From Auanema rhodensis (lineage: Eukaryota > Animalia > Nematoda): a stretch of DNA of 64,000 bases. Shown piece after piece: positions 27,241 to 41,799 of the stretch. The notes beneath the pieces were generated by a model. It did not search any database. It was given only the letters and a program-made list of their open reading frames with translations, and was not told the DNA's origin. Position numbers and translations under genes: made by a program. The stretch's first letter is position 1. Every line of letters starts with the position of its first letter. The stretch covers positions 20,832,001-20,896,000 of the forward strand of contig OZ059895.1 of NCBI GenBank assembly GCA_964057225.1, in the 5' to 3' direction.

Positions 27241-30200
27241 AATTTTTATTGATATTGGTGCATGGTAACCATGACTTTGAAATTTACGTGAACTTTAATT
27301 TATGCTAATTAAGTGTACACATGATGTGCGCTTGGTATGTAACTCGCTTCACGTGAAAGATGAAGAGATGCGGTTTTCAAAATTAGATTCCCCATGTTCA
27401 TATTAGTCTAAAAACAAATTTTTATTAATATTGGTGCATGGTAACCATGACTTTGAAATTTACGTGAACTTTAATTTATGCTAATTAAGTGTACACATGA
27501 TGTGCACTTGGTATGTAACTCGCTTCACGTGAAAGATAAAGAGATGCGGTTTTCCAAATTAGATTTCGCATGTCCATATTAGTCTAAAAACAAATTTTTA
27601 TTGATATTGGTGCATGGTAACCATGACTTTGAAATTTACGTGAACTTTAATTTATGCTAATTAAGTGTACACGTGATGTGCACTTGGTATGTAACTCGCT
27701 TCACGTGAAAGATAAAGAGATGCGGTTTTCAAAATTAGATTCCCCATGTCCATATTAGTCTAAACACAAAATTTTATTGATATTGGTGCATGGTAACCAT
27801 GACTTTGAAATTTACGTGAACTTTAATTTATGCTAATTAAGTGTACACGTGATGTGCACTTGGTATGTAACTCGCTTCACGTGAAAGATAAAGAGATGCG
27901 GTTTTCAAAATTAGATTCCCCATTTCCATATTAGTCTAAAAACAAATTTTTATTGATATTGGTGCATGGCAACCATGACTTTAAAATTTACGTGAACTTT
28001 TATTTATGCTAATTAAGTGTACACATGATGTGCACTTGGTATGTAACTCGTTTCACGTCAAAGATAAAGAGATGCCGTTTTCAAAATTGGATTCCCCATG
28101 TCCATATTAGTCTAAAAACAAATTTTTATTAATATTGGTGCATGGTAACCATGACTTTGAAATTTACGTGAACTTTAATTTATGCTAATTAAGTGTACAC
28201 ATGATGTGCGCTTGGTATGTAACTCGCTTCACGTGAAAGATAAAGAGATGCGGTTTTCAAAATTAGATTCCCCATTTCCATATTAGTCTAAAAACAAATT
28301 TTTATTGATATTGGTGCATGGCAACCATGACTTTAAAATTTACGTGAACTTTAATTTATGCTAATTAAGTGTACACATGATGTGCACTTGGTATGTAACT
28401 CGTTTCACGTCAAAGATAAAGAGATGCGGTTTTCAAAATTGGATTCCCCATGTCCATATTAGTCTAAAAACAAATTTTTATTAATATTGGTGCATGGTAA
28501 CCATGACTTTGAAATTTACGTGAACTTTAATTTATGCTAATTAAGTGTACACATGATGTGCACTTGGTATGTAACTCGCTTCACGTGAAAGATGAAGAGA
28601 TGCGGTTTTCAAAATTAGATTCCCCATGTCCATATTAGTCTAAAAACAAATTTTTATTAATATTGGTGCATGGCAACCATGACTTTAAAATTTACGTGAA
28701 CTTTAATTTATGCTAATTAAGTGTACACATGATGTGCACTTGGTATGTAACTCGCTTCACGTGAAAGATAAAGAGATGCGGTTTTCAAAATAGATTCCCC
28801 ATTTCCATATTAGTCTAAAAACAAATTTTTATTGATATTGGTGCATGGCAACCATGACTTTAAAATTTACGTGAACTTTAATTTATGCTAATTAAGTGTA
28901 CACATGATGTGCACTTGGTATGTAACTCGCTTCACGTCAAAGATAAAGAGAAGAGGTTTTCAAAATTAGATTCCCCATGTCAATATTAGTCTAAAAACAA
29001 ATTTTTATTAATATTGGTGCATGGTAACCATGACTTTGAAATTTACGTGAACTTTAATTTATGCTAATTAAGTGTACACATGATGTGCGCTTGGTATGTA
29101 ACTCGCTTCACGTGAAAGATAAAGAGATGCGGTTTTCAAAATTAGATTCCCCATTTCCATATTAGTCTAAAAACAAATTTTTATTGATATTGGTGCATGG
29201 CAACCATGACTTTAAAATTTACGTGAACTTTAATTTATGCTAATTAAGTGTACACATGATGTGCACTTGGTATGTAACTCGTTTCACGTGAAAGATAAAG
29301 AGATGCGGTTTTCCAAATTAGATTTCGCATGTCCATATTAGTCTAAAAACAAATTTTTATTGATATTGGTGCATGGTAACCATGACTTTGAAATTTACGT
29401 GAACTTTAATTTATGCTAATTAAGTGTACACATGATGTGCACTTGGTATGTAACTCGCTTCACGTGAAAGATGAAGAGATGCGGTTTTCAAAATTAGATT
29501 CCCCATGTCCATATTAGTCTAAACACAAATTTTTATTGATATTGGTGCATGGTAACCATGACTTTGAAATTTACGTGAACTTTAATTTATGCTAATTAAG
29601 TGTACACGTGATGTGCACTTGGTATGTAACTCGCTTCACGTGAAAGATAAAGAGATGCGGTTTTCAAAATTAGATTCCCCATTTCCATATTAGTCTAAAA
29701 ACAAATTTTTATTGATATTGGTGCATGGCAACCATGACTTTAAAATTTACGTGAACTTTTATTTATGCTAATTAAGTGTACACATGATGTGCACTTGGTA
29801 TGTAACTCGTTTCACGTCAAAGATAAAGAGATGCGGTTTCCAAAATTGGATTCCCCATGTCCATATTAGTCTAAAAACAAATTTTTATTAATATTGGTGC
29901 ATGGTAACCATGACTTTGAAATTTACGTGAACTTTAATTTATGCTAATTAAGTGTACACATGATGTGCACTTGGTATGTAACTCGCTTCACGTGAAAGAT
30001 GAAGAGATGCGGTTTTCAAAATTAGATTCCCCATGTCCATATTAGTCTAAAAACAAATTTTTATTGATATTGGTGCATGGCAACCATGACTTTAAAATTT
30101 ACGTGAACTTTAATTTATGCTAATTAAGTGTACACATGATGTGCACTTGGTATGTAACTCGCTTCACGTCAAAGATAAAGAGAAGAGGTTTTCAAAATTA

Positions 30201-33200
30201 GATTCCCCATGTCAATATTAGTCTAAAAACAAATTTTTATTAATATTGGTGCATGGTAACCATGACTTTGAAATTTACGTGAACTTTAATTTATGCTAAT
30301 TAAGTGTACACATGATGTGCGCTTGGTATGTAACTCGCTTCACGTGAAAGATAAAGAGATGCGGTTTTCATAATTAGATTCCTCATTTCCATATTAGTCT
30401 AAAAACAAATTTTTATTAATATTGGTGCATGGTAACCATGACTTTGAAATTTACGTGAACTTTAATTTATGCTAATTAAGTGTACACATGATGTGCACTT
30501 GGTATGTAACTCGCTTCACGTGAAAGATGAAGAGATGCGGTTTTCAAAATTAGATTCCCCATGTCCATATTAGTCTAAAAACAAATTTTTATTAATATTG
30601 GTGCATGGTAACCATGACTTTGAAATTTACGTGAACTTTAATTTATGCTAATTAAGTGTACACATGATGTGCACTTGGTATGTAACTCGCTTCACGTGAA
30701 AGATAAAGAGATGCGGTTTTCCAAATTAGATTTCGCATGTCCATATTAGTCTAAAAACAAATTTTTATTGATATTGGTGCATGGTAACCATGACTTTGAA
30801 ATTTACGTGAACTTTAATTTATGCTAATTAAGTGTACACATGATGTGCACTCGGTATGTAACTCGCTTCACGTGAAAGATGAAGAGATGCGGTTTTCAAA
30901 ATTAGATTCCTCATGTCCATATTAGTCTAAAAACGAATTTTTATTGATATTGGTGCATGGTAACCATGACTTTGAAATTTACGTGAACTTTAATTTATGC
31001 TTATTAAGTGTACACGTGATGTGCACTTGGTATGTAACTCGCTTCACGTGAAATATAAAGGGATGCGGTTTTCAAAATTAGATTCCGCATGTCCATATTA
31101 GTCTAAAAACAAATTTTTATTAATATTGGTGCATGGTAACCATGACTTTAAAATTTACGTGAACTTTAATTTATGCTAATTAAGTGTACACATGATGTGC
31201 ACTTGGTATGTAACTCGCTTCACGTCAAAGATAAAGAGATGCGGTTTTCAAAATTAGATTCCCCATTTCCATATTAGTCTAAAAACAAATTTTTATTGAT
31301 ATTGGTGCATGGTAACCATGACTTTGAAATTAACGTGAACTTTAATTTATGCTAAATAAGTGTACACATGATGTGCACTTGGTATGTAACTCGCTTCACG
31401 TCAAAGATAAAGAGATGCGGTTTTCAAAATTAGATTCCCCATGTCCATATTAGTCTAAAAACAAATTTTTATTAATATTGGTGCATGGTAACCATGACTT
31501 TGAAATTTACGTGAACTTTAATTTATGCTAATTAAGTGTACACGTGATGTGCACTTGGTATTTAACTCGCTTCACGTGAAAGATAAAGAGATGCGGTTTT
31601 CAAAATTAGATTCCCCATGTCCATATTAGTCTAAACACAAATTTTTATTGATATTGGTGCATGGTAACCATGACTTTGAAATTTACGTGAACTTTAATTT
31701 ATGCTTATTAAGTGTACACGTGATGTGCACTTGGTATGTAACTCGCTTCACGTGAAAGATGAAGAGATGCGGTTTTCAAAATTAGATTCCCCATGTCCAT
31801 ATTAGTCTAAAAACAAATTTTTGTTGATATTGGTGGATGGTAACCATGACTTTGAAATTTACGTGAACTTTAATTTATGCTAATTAAGTGTACACATGAT
31901 GTGCACTTGGTATGTAACTCGCTTCAAGTCAAAGATAAAGAGATGCGGTTTTCAAAATTAGATTCCACATGTCCATATTAGTCTAAAAACAAATTTTTAT
32001 TAATATTGGTGCATGGTAACCATGACTTTGAAATTTACGTGAACTTTAATTTATGCTAATTAAGTGTACACATGATGTGCACTTGGTATGTAACTCGCTT
32101 CACGTGAAAGATAAAGAGATGCGGTTTTCAAAATAGATTCCCCATTTCCATATTAGTCTAAAAACAAATTTTTATTGATATTGGTGCATGGCAACCATGA
32201 CTTTAAAATTTACGTGAACTTTAATTTATGCTAATTAAGTGTACACATGATGTGCACTTGGTATGTAACTCGCTTCACGTCAAAGATAAAGAGATGCGGT
32301 TTTCAAAATTAGATTCCCCATGTCCATATTAGTCTAAAAACAAATTTTTATTGATATTGGTGCATGGTAACCATGACTTTGAAATTTACGTGAACTTTAA
32401 TTTATGCTAATTAAGTGTACACATGATGTGCGCTTGGTATGTAACTCGCTTCACGTGAAAGATAAAGAGATGCGGTTTTCATAATTAGATTCCCCATTTC
32501 CATATTAGTCTAAAAACAAATTTTTAGTAATATTGGTGCATGGTAACCATGACTTTGAAATTTACGTGAACTTTAATTTATGCTAATTAAGTGTACACAT
32601 GATGTGCACTTGGTATGTAACTCGCTTCACGTGAAAGATGAAGAGATGCGGTTTTCAAAATTAGATTCCCCATGTCCATATTAGTCTAAAAACAAATTTT
32701 TATTAATATTGGTGCATGGCAACCATGACTTTAAAATTTACGTGAACTTTAATTTATGCTAATTAAGTGTACACATGATGTGCACTTGGTATGTAACTCG
32801 TTTCACGTCAAAGATAAAGAGATGCGGTTTTCAAAATTGGATTCCCCATGTCCATATTAGTCTAAAAACAAATTTTTATTAATATTGGTGCATGGTAACT
32901 ATGACTTTGAAATTTACGTGAACTTTAATTTATGCTAATTAAGTGTACACATGATGTGCACTTGGTATGTAACTCGCTTCACGTGAAAGATGAAGAGATG
33001 CGGTTTTCAAAATTAGATTCCCCATGTCCATATTAGTCTAAAAACAAATTTTTATTAATATTGTTGCATGGCAACCATGACTTTAAAATTTACGTGAACT
33101 TTAATTTATGCTAATTAAGTGTACACATGATGTGCACTTGGTATGTAACTCGCTTCACGTGAAAGATAAAGAGATGCGGTTTTCAAAATAGATTCCCCAT

Positions 33201-36200
33201 TTCCATATTAGTCTAAAAACAAATTTTTATTGATATTGGTGCATGGCAACCATGACTTTAAAATTTACGTGAACTTTAATTTATGCTAATTAAGTGTACA
33301 CATGATGTGCACTTGGTATGGAACTCGCTTCACGTCAAAGATAAAGAGAAGAGGTTTTCAAAATAAGATTCCCCATGTCAATATTAGTCTAAAAACAAAT
33401 TTTTATTAATATTGGTGCATGGTAACCATGACTTTGAAATTTACGTGAACTTTAATTTATGCTAATTAAGTGTACACATGATGTGCGCTTGGTATGTAAC
33501 TCGCTTCACGTGAAAGATAAAGAGATGCGGTTTTCATAATTAGATTCCTCATTTCCATATTAGTCTAAAAACAAATTTTTATTAATATTGGTGCATGGTA
33601 ACCATGACTTTGAAATTTACGTGAACTTTAATTTATGCTAATTAAGTGTACACATGATGTGCACTTGGTATGTAACTCGCTTCACGTGAAAGATGAAGAG
33701 ATGCGGTTTTCAAAATTAGATTCCCCATGTCCATATTAGTCTAAAAACAAATTTTTATTAATATTGGTGCATGGTAACCATGACTTTGAAATTTACGTGA
33801 ACTTTAATTTATGCTAATTAAGTGTACACATGATGTGCACTTGGTATGTAACTCGCTTCACGTGAAAGATAAAGAGATGCGGTTTTCCAAATTAGATTTC
33901 GCATGTCCATATTAGTCTAAAAACAAATTTTTATTGATATTGGTGCATGGTAACCATGACTTTGAAATTTACGTGAACTTTAATTTATGCTAATTAAGTG
34001 TACACATGATGTGCACTCGGTATGTAACTCGCTTCACGTGAAAGATGAAGAGATGCGGTTTTCAAAATTAGATTCCTCATGTCCATATTAGTCTAAAAAC
34101 AAATTTTTATTGATATTGGTGCATGGTAACCATGACTTTGAAATTTACGTGAACTTTAATTTATGCTAATTAAGTGTACACATGATGTGCACTCGGTATG
34201 TAACTCGCTTCACGTGAAAGATGAAGAGATGCGGTTTTCAAAATTAGATTCCTCATGTCCATATTAGTCTAAAAACGAATTTTTATTGATATTGGTGCAT
34301 GGTAACCATGACTTTGAAATTTACGTGAACTTTAATTTATGCTTATTAAGTGTACACGTGATGTGCACTTGGTATGTAACTCGCTTCACGTGAAATATAA
34401 AGGGATGCGGTTTTCAAAATTAGATTCCCCATGTCCATATTAGTCTAAAAACAAATTTTTATTAATATTGGTGCATGGTAACCATGACTTTAAAATTTAC
34501 GTGAACTTTAATTTATGCTAATTAAGTGTACACATGATGTGGACTTGGTATGTAACTCGCTTCACGTCAAAGATAAAGAGATGCGGTTTTCAAAATTAGA
34601 TTCCCCATGTCCATATTAGTCTAAAAACAAATTTTTATTGATATTGGTGCATGGTAACCATGACTTTGAAATTAACGTGAACTTTAATTTATGCTAATTA
34701 AGTGTACACATGATGTGCACTTGGTATGTAACTCGCTTCACGTCAAAGATAAAGAGATGCGGTTTTTAAAATTAGATTCCCCATGTACATATTAGTCTAA
34801 AAACAAATTTTTATTAATATTGGTGCATGGTAACCATGACTTTGAAATTTACGTGAACTTTAATTTATGCTAATTAAGTGTACACGTGATGTGCACTTGG
34901 TATGTAACTCGCTTCACGTGAAAGATAAAGAGATGCGGTTTTCAAAATTAGATTCCCCATGTCCATATTAGTCTAAACACAAATTTTTATTGATATTGGT
35001 GCATGGTAACCATGACTTTGAAATTTACGTGAACTTTAATTTATGCTAATTAAGTGTACACGTGATGTGCTCTTGGTATGTAACTCGCTTCACGTGAAAG
35101 ATAAAGAGATGCGGTTTTCAAAATTAGATTCCCCATTTCCATATTAGTCAAAAAACAAATTTTTATTGATATTGGTGCATGGCAACCATGACTTTAAAAT
35201 TTACGTGAACTTTAATTTATGCTAATTAAGTGTACACATGATGTGCACTTGGTATGTAACTCGCTTCACGTCAAAGATAAAGAGATGCGGTTTTCAAAAT
35301 TAGATTCCCCATGTCCATATTAGTCTAAAAACAAATTTTTATTAATATTGGTGCATGGTAACCATGACTTTGAAATTTACGTGAACTTTAATTTATGCTA
35401 ATTAAGTGTACACATGATGTGCGCTTGGTATGTAACTCGCTTCACGTGAAAGATAAAGAGATGCGGTTTTCAAAATTAGATTCCCCATTTCCATATTAGT
35501 CTAAAAACAAATTTTTATTGATATTGGTGCATGGCAACCATGACTTTAAAATTTACGTGAACTTTAATTTATGCTAATTAAGTGTACACATGATGTGCAC
35601 TTGGTATGTAACTCGTTTCACGTCAAAGATAAAGAGATGCGGTTTTCAAAATTGGATTCCCCATGTCCATATTAGTCTAAAAACAAATTTTTATTAATAT
35701 TGATGCATGGTAACCATGACTTTGAAATTTACGTGAACTTTAATTTATGCTAATTAAGTGTACACATGAAGTGCACTTGGTATGTAACTCGCTTCACGTG
35801 AAATATAAAGGGATGCGGTTTTCAAAATTAGATTCCCCATGTCCATATTAGTCTAAACACAAATTTTTATTGATATTTGTGCATGGTAACCATGACTTTG
35901 AAATTTACGTGAACTTTAATTTATGCTAATTAAGTGTACACGTGATGTGCACTTGGTATGTAACTCGCTTCACGTGAAAGATAAAGAGATGCGGTTTTCA
36001 AAATTAGATTCCCCATTTCCATATTAGTCAAAAAACAAATTTTTATTGATATTGGTGCATGGCAACCATGACTTTAAAATTTACGTGAACTTTAATTTAT
36101 GCTAATTAAGTGTACACATGATGTGCACTTGGTATGTAACTCGCTTCACGTCAAAGATAAAGAGATGCGGTTTTCAAAATTAGATTCCCCATGTCCATAT

Positions 36201-36241
36201 TAGTCTAAAAACAAATTTTTATTAATATTGGTGCATGGTAA

Positions 36242-39233
36242 CCATGACTTTGAAATTTACGTGAACTTTAATTTATGCTGATTAAGTGTACACATGATGT
36301 GCGCTTGGTATGTAACTCGCTTCACGTGAAAGATAAAGAGATGCGGTTTTCAAAATTAGATTCCCCATTTCCATATTAGTCTAAAAACAAATTTTTATTG
36401 ATATTGGTGCATGGCAACCATGACTTTAAAATTTACGTGAACTTTAATTTATGCTAATTAAGTGTACACATGATGTGCACTTGGTATGTAACTCGTTTCA
36501 CGTCAAAGATAAAGAGATGCGGTTTTTAAAATTGGATTCCCCATGTCCATATTAGTCTAAAAACAAATTTTTATTAATATTGATGCATGGTAACCATGAC
36601 TTTGAAATTTACGTGAACTTTAATTTATGCTAATTAAGTGTACACATGATGTGCACTTGGTATGTAACTCGCTTCACGTCAAAGATAAAGAGATGCGGTT
36701 TTCAAAATTAGATTCCCCATGTCCATATTAGTCTAAAAACAAATTTTTATTGATATTGGTGCTTGGTAACCATGACTTTGAAATTTACGTGAACTTTAAT
36801 TTATGCTAATTAAGTGTACACATGATGTGCGCTTGGTATGTAACTCGCTTCACGTCAAAGATAAAGAGATGCGGTTTTCAAAATTAGATTCCCCATGTCC
36901 ATATTAGTCTAAAAACAAATTTTTATTGATATTGGTGCATGGTAACCATGACTTTGAAATTTACGTGAACTTTAATTTATGCTAATTAAGTGTACACATG
37001 ATGTGCACTTGGTATGTAACTCGCTTCACGTCAAAGATAAAGAGATGCGGTTTTCAAAATTAGATTCCCCATTTCCATATTAGTCAAAAAACAAATTTTT
37101 ATTGATATTGGTGCATGGCAACCATGACTTTAAAATTTACGTGAACTTTAATTTATGCTAATTAAGTGTACACATGATGTGCACTTGGTATGTAACTCGC
37201 TTCACGTCAAAGATAAAGAGATGCGGTTTTCAAAATTAGATTCCCCATGTCCATATTAGTCTAAAAACAAATTTTTATTAATATTGGTGCATGGTAACCA
37301 TGACTTTGAAATTTACGTGAACTTTAATTTATGCTGATTAAGTGTACACATGAGGTGCGCTTGGTATGTAACTCGCTTCACGTGAAAGATAAAGAGATGC
37401 GGTTTTCAAAATTAGATTCCCCATTTCCATATTAGTCTAAAAACAAATTTTTATTGATATTGGTGCATGGCAACCATGACTTTAAAATTTACGTGAACTT
37501 TAATTTATGCTAATTAAGTGTACACATGATGTGCACTTGGTATGTAACTCGTTTCACGTCAAAGATAAAGAGATGCGGTTTTTAAAATTGGATTCCCCAT
37601 GTCCATATTAGTCTAAAAACAAATTTTTATTAATATTGATGCATGGTAACCATGACTTTGAAATTTACGTGAACTTTAATTTATGCTAATTAAGTGTACA
37701 CATGATGTGCACTTGGTATGTAACTCGCTTCACGTCAAAGATAAAGAGATGCGGTTTTCAAAATTAGATTCCCCATGTCCATATTAGTCTAAAAACAAAT
37801 TTTTATTGATATTGGTGCTTGGTAACCATGACTTTGAAATTTACGTGAACTTTAATTTATGCTAATTAAGTGTACACATGATGTGCGCTTGGTATGTAAC
37901 TCGCTTCACGTCAAAGATAAAGAGATGCGGTTTTCAAAATTAGATTCCCCATGTCCATATTAGTCTAAAAACAAATTTTTATTGATATTGGTGCATGGTA
38001 ACCATGACTTTGAAATTTACGTGAACTTTAATTTATGCTAATTAAGTGTACACATGATGTGCACTTGGTATGTAACTCGCTTCACGTCAAAGATAAAGAG
38101 ATGCGGTTTCCAAAATTAGATTCCCCATGTCTATATTAGTCTAAAAACATATTTTTATTAATACTGGTGCATGGTAACCATGACTTTGAAATTTACGTGA
38201 ACTTTAATTTATGCTAATTAAGTGTACACATGATGTGCACTTGGTATGTAACTCGCTTCACGTCAAAGATAAAGAGATGCGGTTTTCAAAATTAGATTCC
38301 CCATGTCCATATTAGTCTAAAAACAAATTTTTATTAATATTGGTGCATGGTAACCATGACTTTGAAATTTACGTGAACTTTAATTTATGCTGATTAAGTG
38401 TACACATGAGGTGCGCTTGGTATGTAACTCGCTTCACGTGAAAGATAAAGAGATGCGGTTTTCAAAATTAGATTCCCCATTTCCATATTAGTCTAAAAAC
38501 AAATTTTTATTGATATTGGTGCATGGCAACCATGACTTTAAAATTTACGTGAACTTTAATTTATGCTAATTAAGTGTACACATGATGTGCACTTGGTATG
38601 TAACTCGTTTCACGTCAAAGATAAAGAGATGCGGTTTTTAAAATTGGATTCCCCATGTCCATATTAGTCTAAAAACAAATTTTTATTAATATTGATGCAT
38701 GGTAACCATGACTTTGAAATTTACGTGAACTTTAATTTATGCTAATTAAGTGTACACATGATGTGCACTTGGTATGTAACTCGCTTCACGTCAAAGATAA
38801 AGAGATGCGGTTTTCAAAATTAGATTCCCCATGTCCATATTAGTCTAAAAACAAATTTTTATTGATATTGGTGCTTGGTAACCATGACTTTGAAATTTAC
38901 GTGAACTTTAATTTATGCTAATTAAGTGTACACATGATGTGCGCTTGGTATGTAACTCGCTTCACGTCAAAGATAAAGAGATGCGGTTTTCAAAATTAGA
39001 TTCCCCATGTCCATATTAGTCTAAAAACAAATTTTTATTGATATTGGTGCATGGTAACCATGACTTTGAAATTTACGTGAACTTTAATTTATGCTAATTA
39101 AGTGTACACATGATGTGCACTTGGTATGTAACTCGCTTCACGTCAAAGATAAAGAGATGCGGTTTCCAAAATTAGATTCCCCATGTCTATATTAGTCTAA
39201 AAACATATTTTTATTAATACTGGTGCATGGTAA
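36242..39233 (+). repeat. 6-monomer (1056 bp) unit, about 3 copies
   Basis: GCTGATT at about 36280, 37336, 38392; GGTGCTTGG at about 36763, 37819, 38875. Confidence 0.85.
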
Positions 39234-41799
39234 CCATGACTTTGAAATTTACGTGAACTTTAATTTATGCTAATTAAGTGTACACGTGATGTGCACTTGG
39301 TATGTAACTCGCTTCACGTGAAAGATAAAGAGATGCGGTTTTCAAAATTAGATTCCCCATGTCCATATTAGTCTAAACACAAATTTTTATTGATATTGGT
39401 GCATGGTAACCATGACTTTGGAATTTACGTGAACTTTAATTTATGCTAATTAAGTGTACACGTGATGTGCACTTGGTATGTAACTCGCTTCACGTGAAAG
39501 ATAAAGAGATGCGGTTTTCAAAATTAGATTCCCCATTTCCATATTAGTCTAAAAACAAATTTTTATTGATATTGGTGCATGGCAACCATGACTTTAAAAT
39601 TTACGTGAACTTTAATTTATGCTAATTAAGTGTACACATGATGTGCACTTGGTATGTAACTCGTTTCACGTCAAAGATAAAGAGATGCGGTTTTCAAAAT
39701 TGGATTCCCCATGTCCATATTAGTCTAAAAACAAATTTTTATTAATATTGGTGCATGGTAACCATGACTTTGAAATTTACGTGAACTTTAATTTATGCTA
39801 ATTAAGTGTACACATGATGTGCGCTTGGTATGTAACTCGCTTCACGTGAAAGATAAAGAGATGCGGTTTTCAAAATTAGATTCCCCATTTCCATATTAGT
39901 CTAAAAACAAATTTTTATTGATATTGGTGCATGGCAACCATGACTTTAAAATTTACGTGAACTTTAATTTATGCTAATTAAGTGTACACATGATGTGCAC
40001 TTGGTATGTAACTCGTTTCACATCAAAGATAAAGAGATGCGGTTTTCAAAATTGGATTCCCCATGTCCATATTAGTCTTAAAACAAATTTTTATTAATAT
40101 TGGTGCATGGTAACCATGACTTTGAAATTTACGTGAACTTTAATTTATGCTAATTAAGTGTACACATGATGTGCACTTGGTATGTAACTCGCTTCACGTG
40201 AAAGATGAAGAGATGCGGTTTTCAAAATTAGATTCCCCATATCCATATTAGTCTAAAAACAAATTTTCATTGATATTGGTGCATGGTAACCATGACTTTG
40301 AAATTTACGTGAACTTTAATTTATGCTAATTAAATGTACACGTGATGTGCACTTGGTATGTAACTCGCTTCACGTCAAAGATAAAGAGATGAGGTTTTCA
40401 AAATTAGATTCCCCATGTCCATATTAGTCTAAAAACAAATTTTTATTAATATTGGTGCATGGTAACCATGACTTTGAAATTTACGTGAACTTTAATTTAT
40501 GCTAATTAAGTGTACACATGATGTGCGCTTGGTATGTAACTCGCTTCACGTGAAAGATAAAGAGATGCGGTTTTCAAAATTAGATTCCCCATTTCCATAT
40601 TAGTCTAAAAACAAATTTTTATTGATATTGGTGCATGGCAACCATGACTTTAAAATTTACGTGAACTTTAATTTATGCTAATTAAGTGTACACATGATGT
40701 GCACTTGGTATGTAACTCGCTTCACGTGAAAGATAAAGAGATGCGGTTTTCAAAATAGATTCCCCATTTCCATATTAGTCTAAAAACAAATTTTTATTGA
40801 TATTGGTGCATGGCAACCATGACTTTAAAATTTACGTGAACTTTAATTTATGCTAATTAAGTGTACACATGATGTGCACTTGGTATGGAACTCGCTTCAC
40901 GTCAAAGATAAAGAGAAGAGGTTTTCAAAATAAGATTCCCCATGTCAATATTAGTCTAAAAACAAATTTTTATTAATATTGGTGCATGGTAACCATGACT
41001 TTGAAATTTACGTGAACTTTAATTTATGCTAATTAAGTGTACACATGATGTGCGCTTGGTATGTAACTCGCTTCACGTGAAAGATAAAGAGATGCGGTTT
41101 TCATAATTAGATTCCTCATTTCCATATTAGTCTAAAAACAAATTTTTATTAATATTGGTGCATGGTAACCATGACTTTGAAATTTACGTGAACTTTAATT
41201 TATGCTAATTAAGTGTACACATGATGTGCACTTGGTATGTAACTCGCTTCACGTGAAAGATGAAGAGATGCGGTTTTCAAAATTAGATTCCCCATGTCCA
41301 TATTAGTCTAAAAACAAATTTTTATTAATATTGGTGCATGGTAACCATGACTTTGAAATTTACGTGAACTTTAATTTATGCTAATTAAGTGTACACATGA
41401 TGTGCACTTGGTATGTAACTCGCTTCACGTGAAAGATAAAGAGATGCGGTTTTCCAAATTAGATTTCGCATGTCCATATTAGTCTAAAAACAAATTTTTA
41501 TTGATATTGGTGCATGGTAACCATGACTTTGAAATTTACGTGAACTTTAATTTATGCTAATTAAGTGTACACATGATGTGCACTCGGTATGTAACTCGCT
41601 TCACGTGAAAGATGAAGAGATGCGGTTTTCAAAATTAGATTCCTCATGTCCATATTAGTCTAAAAACGAATTTTTATTGATATTGGTGCATGGTAACCAT
41701 GACTTTGAAATTTACGTGAACTTTAATTTATGCTTATTAAGTGTACACGTGATGTGCACTTGGTATGTAACTCGCTTCACGTGAAATATAAAGGGATGC

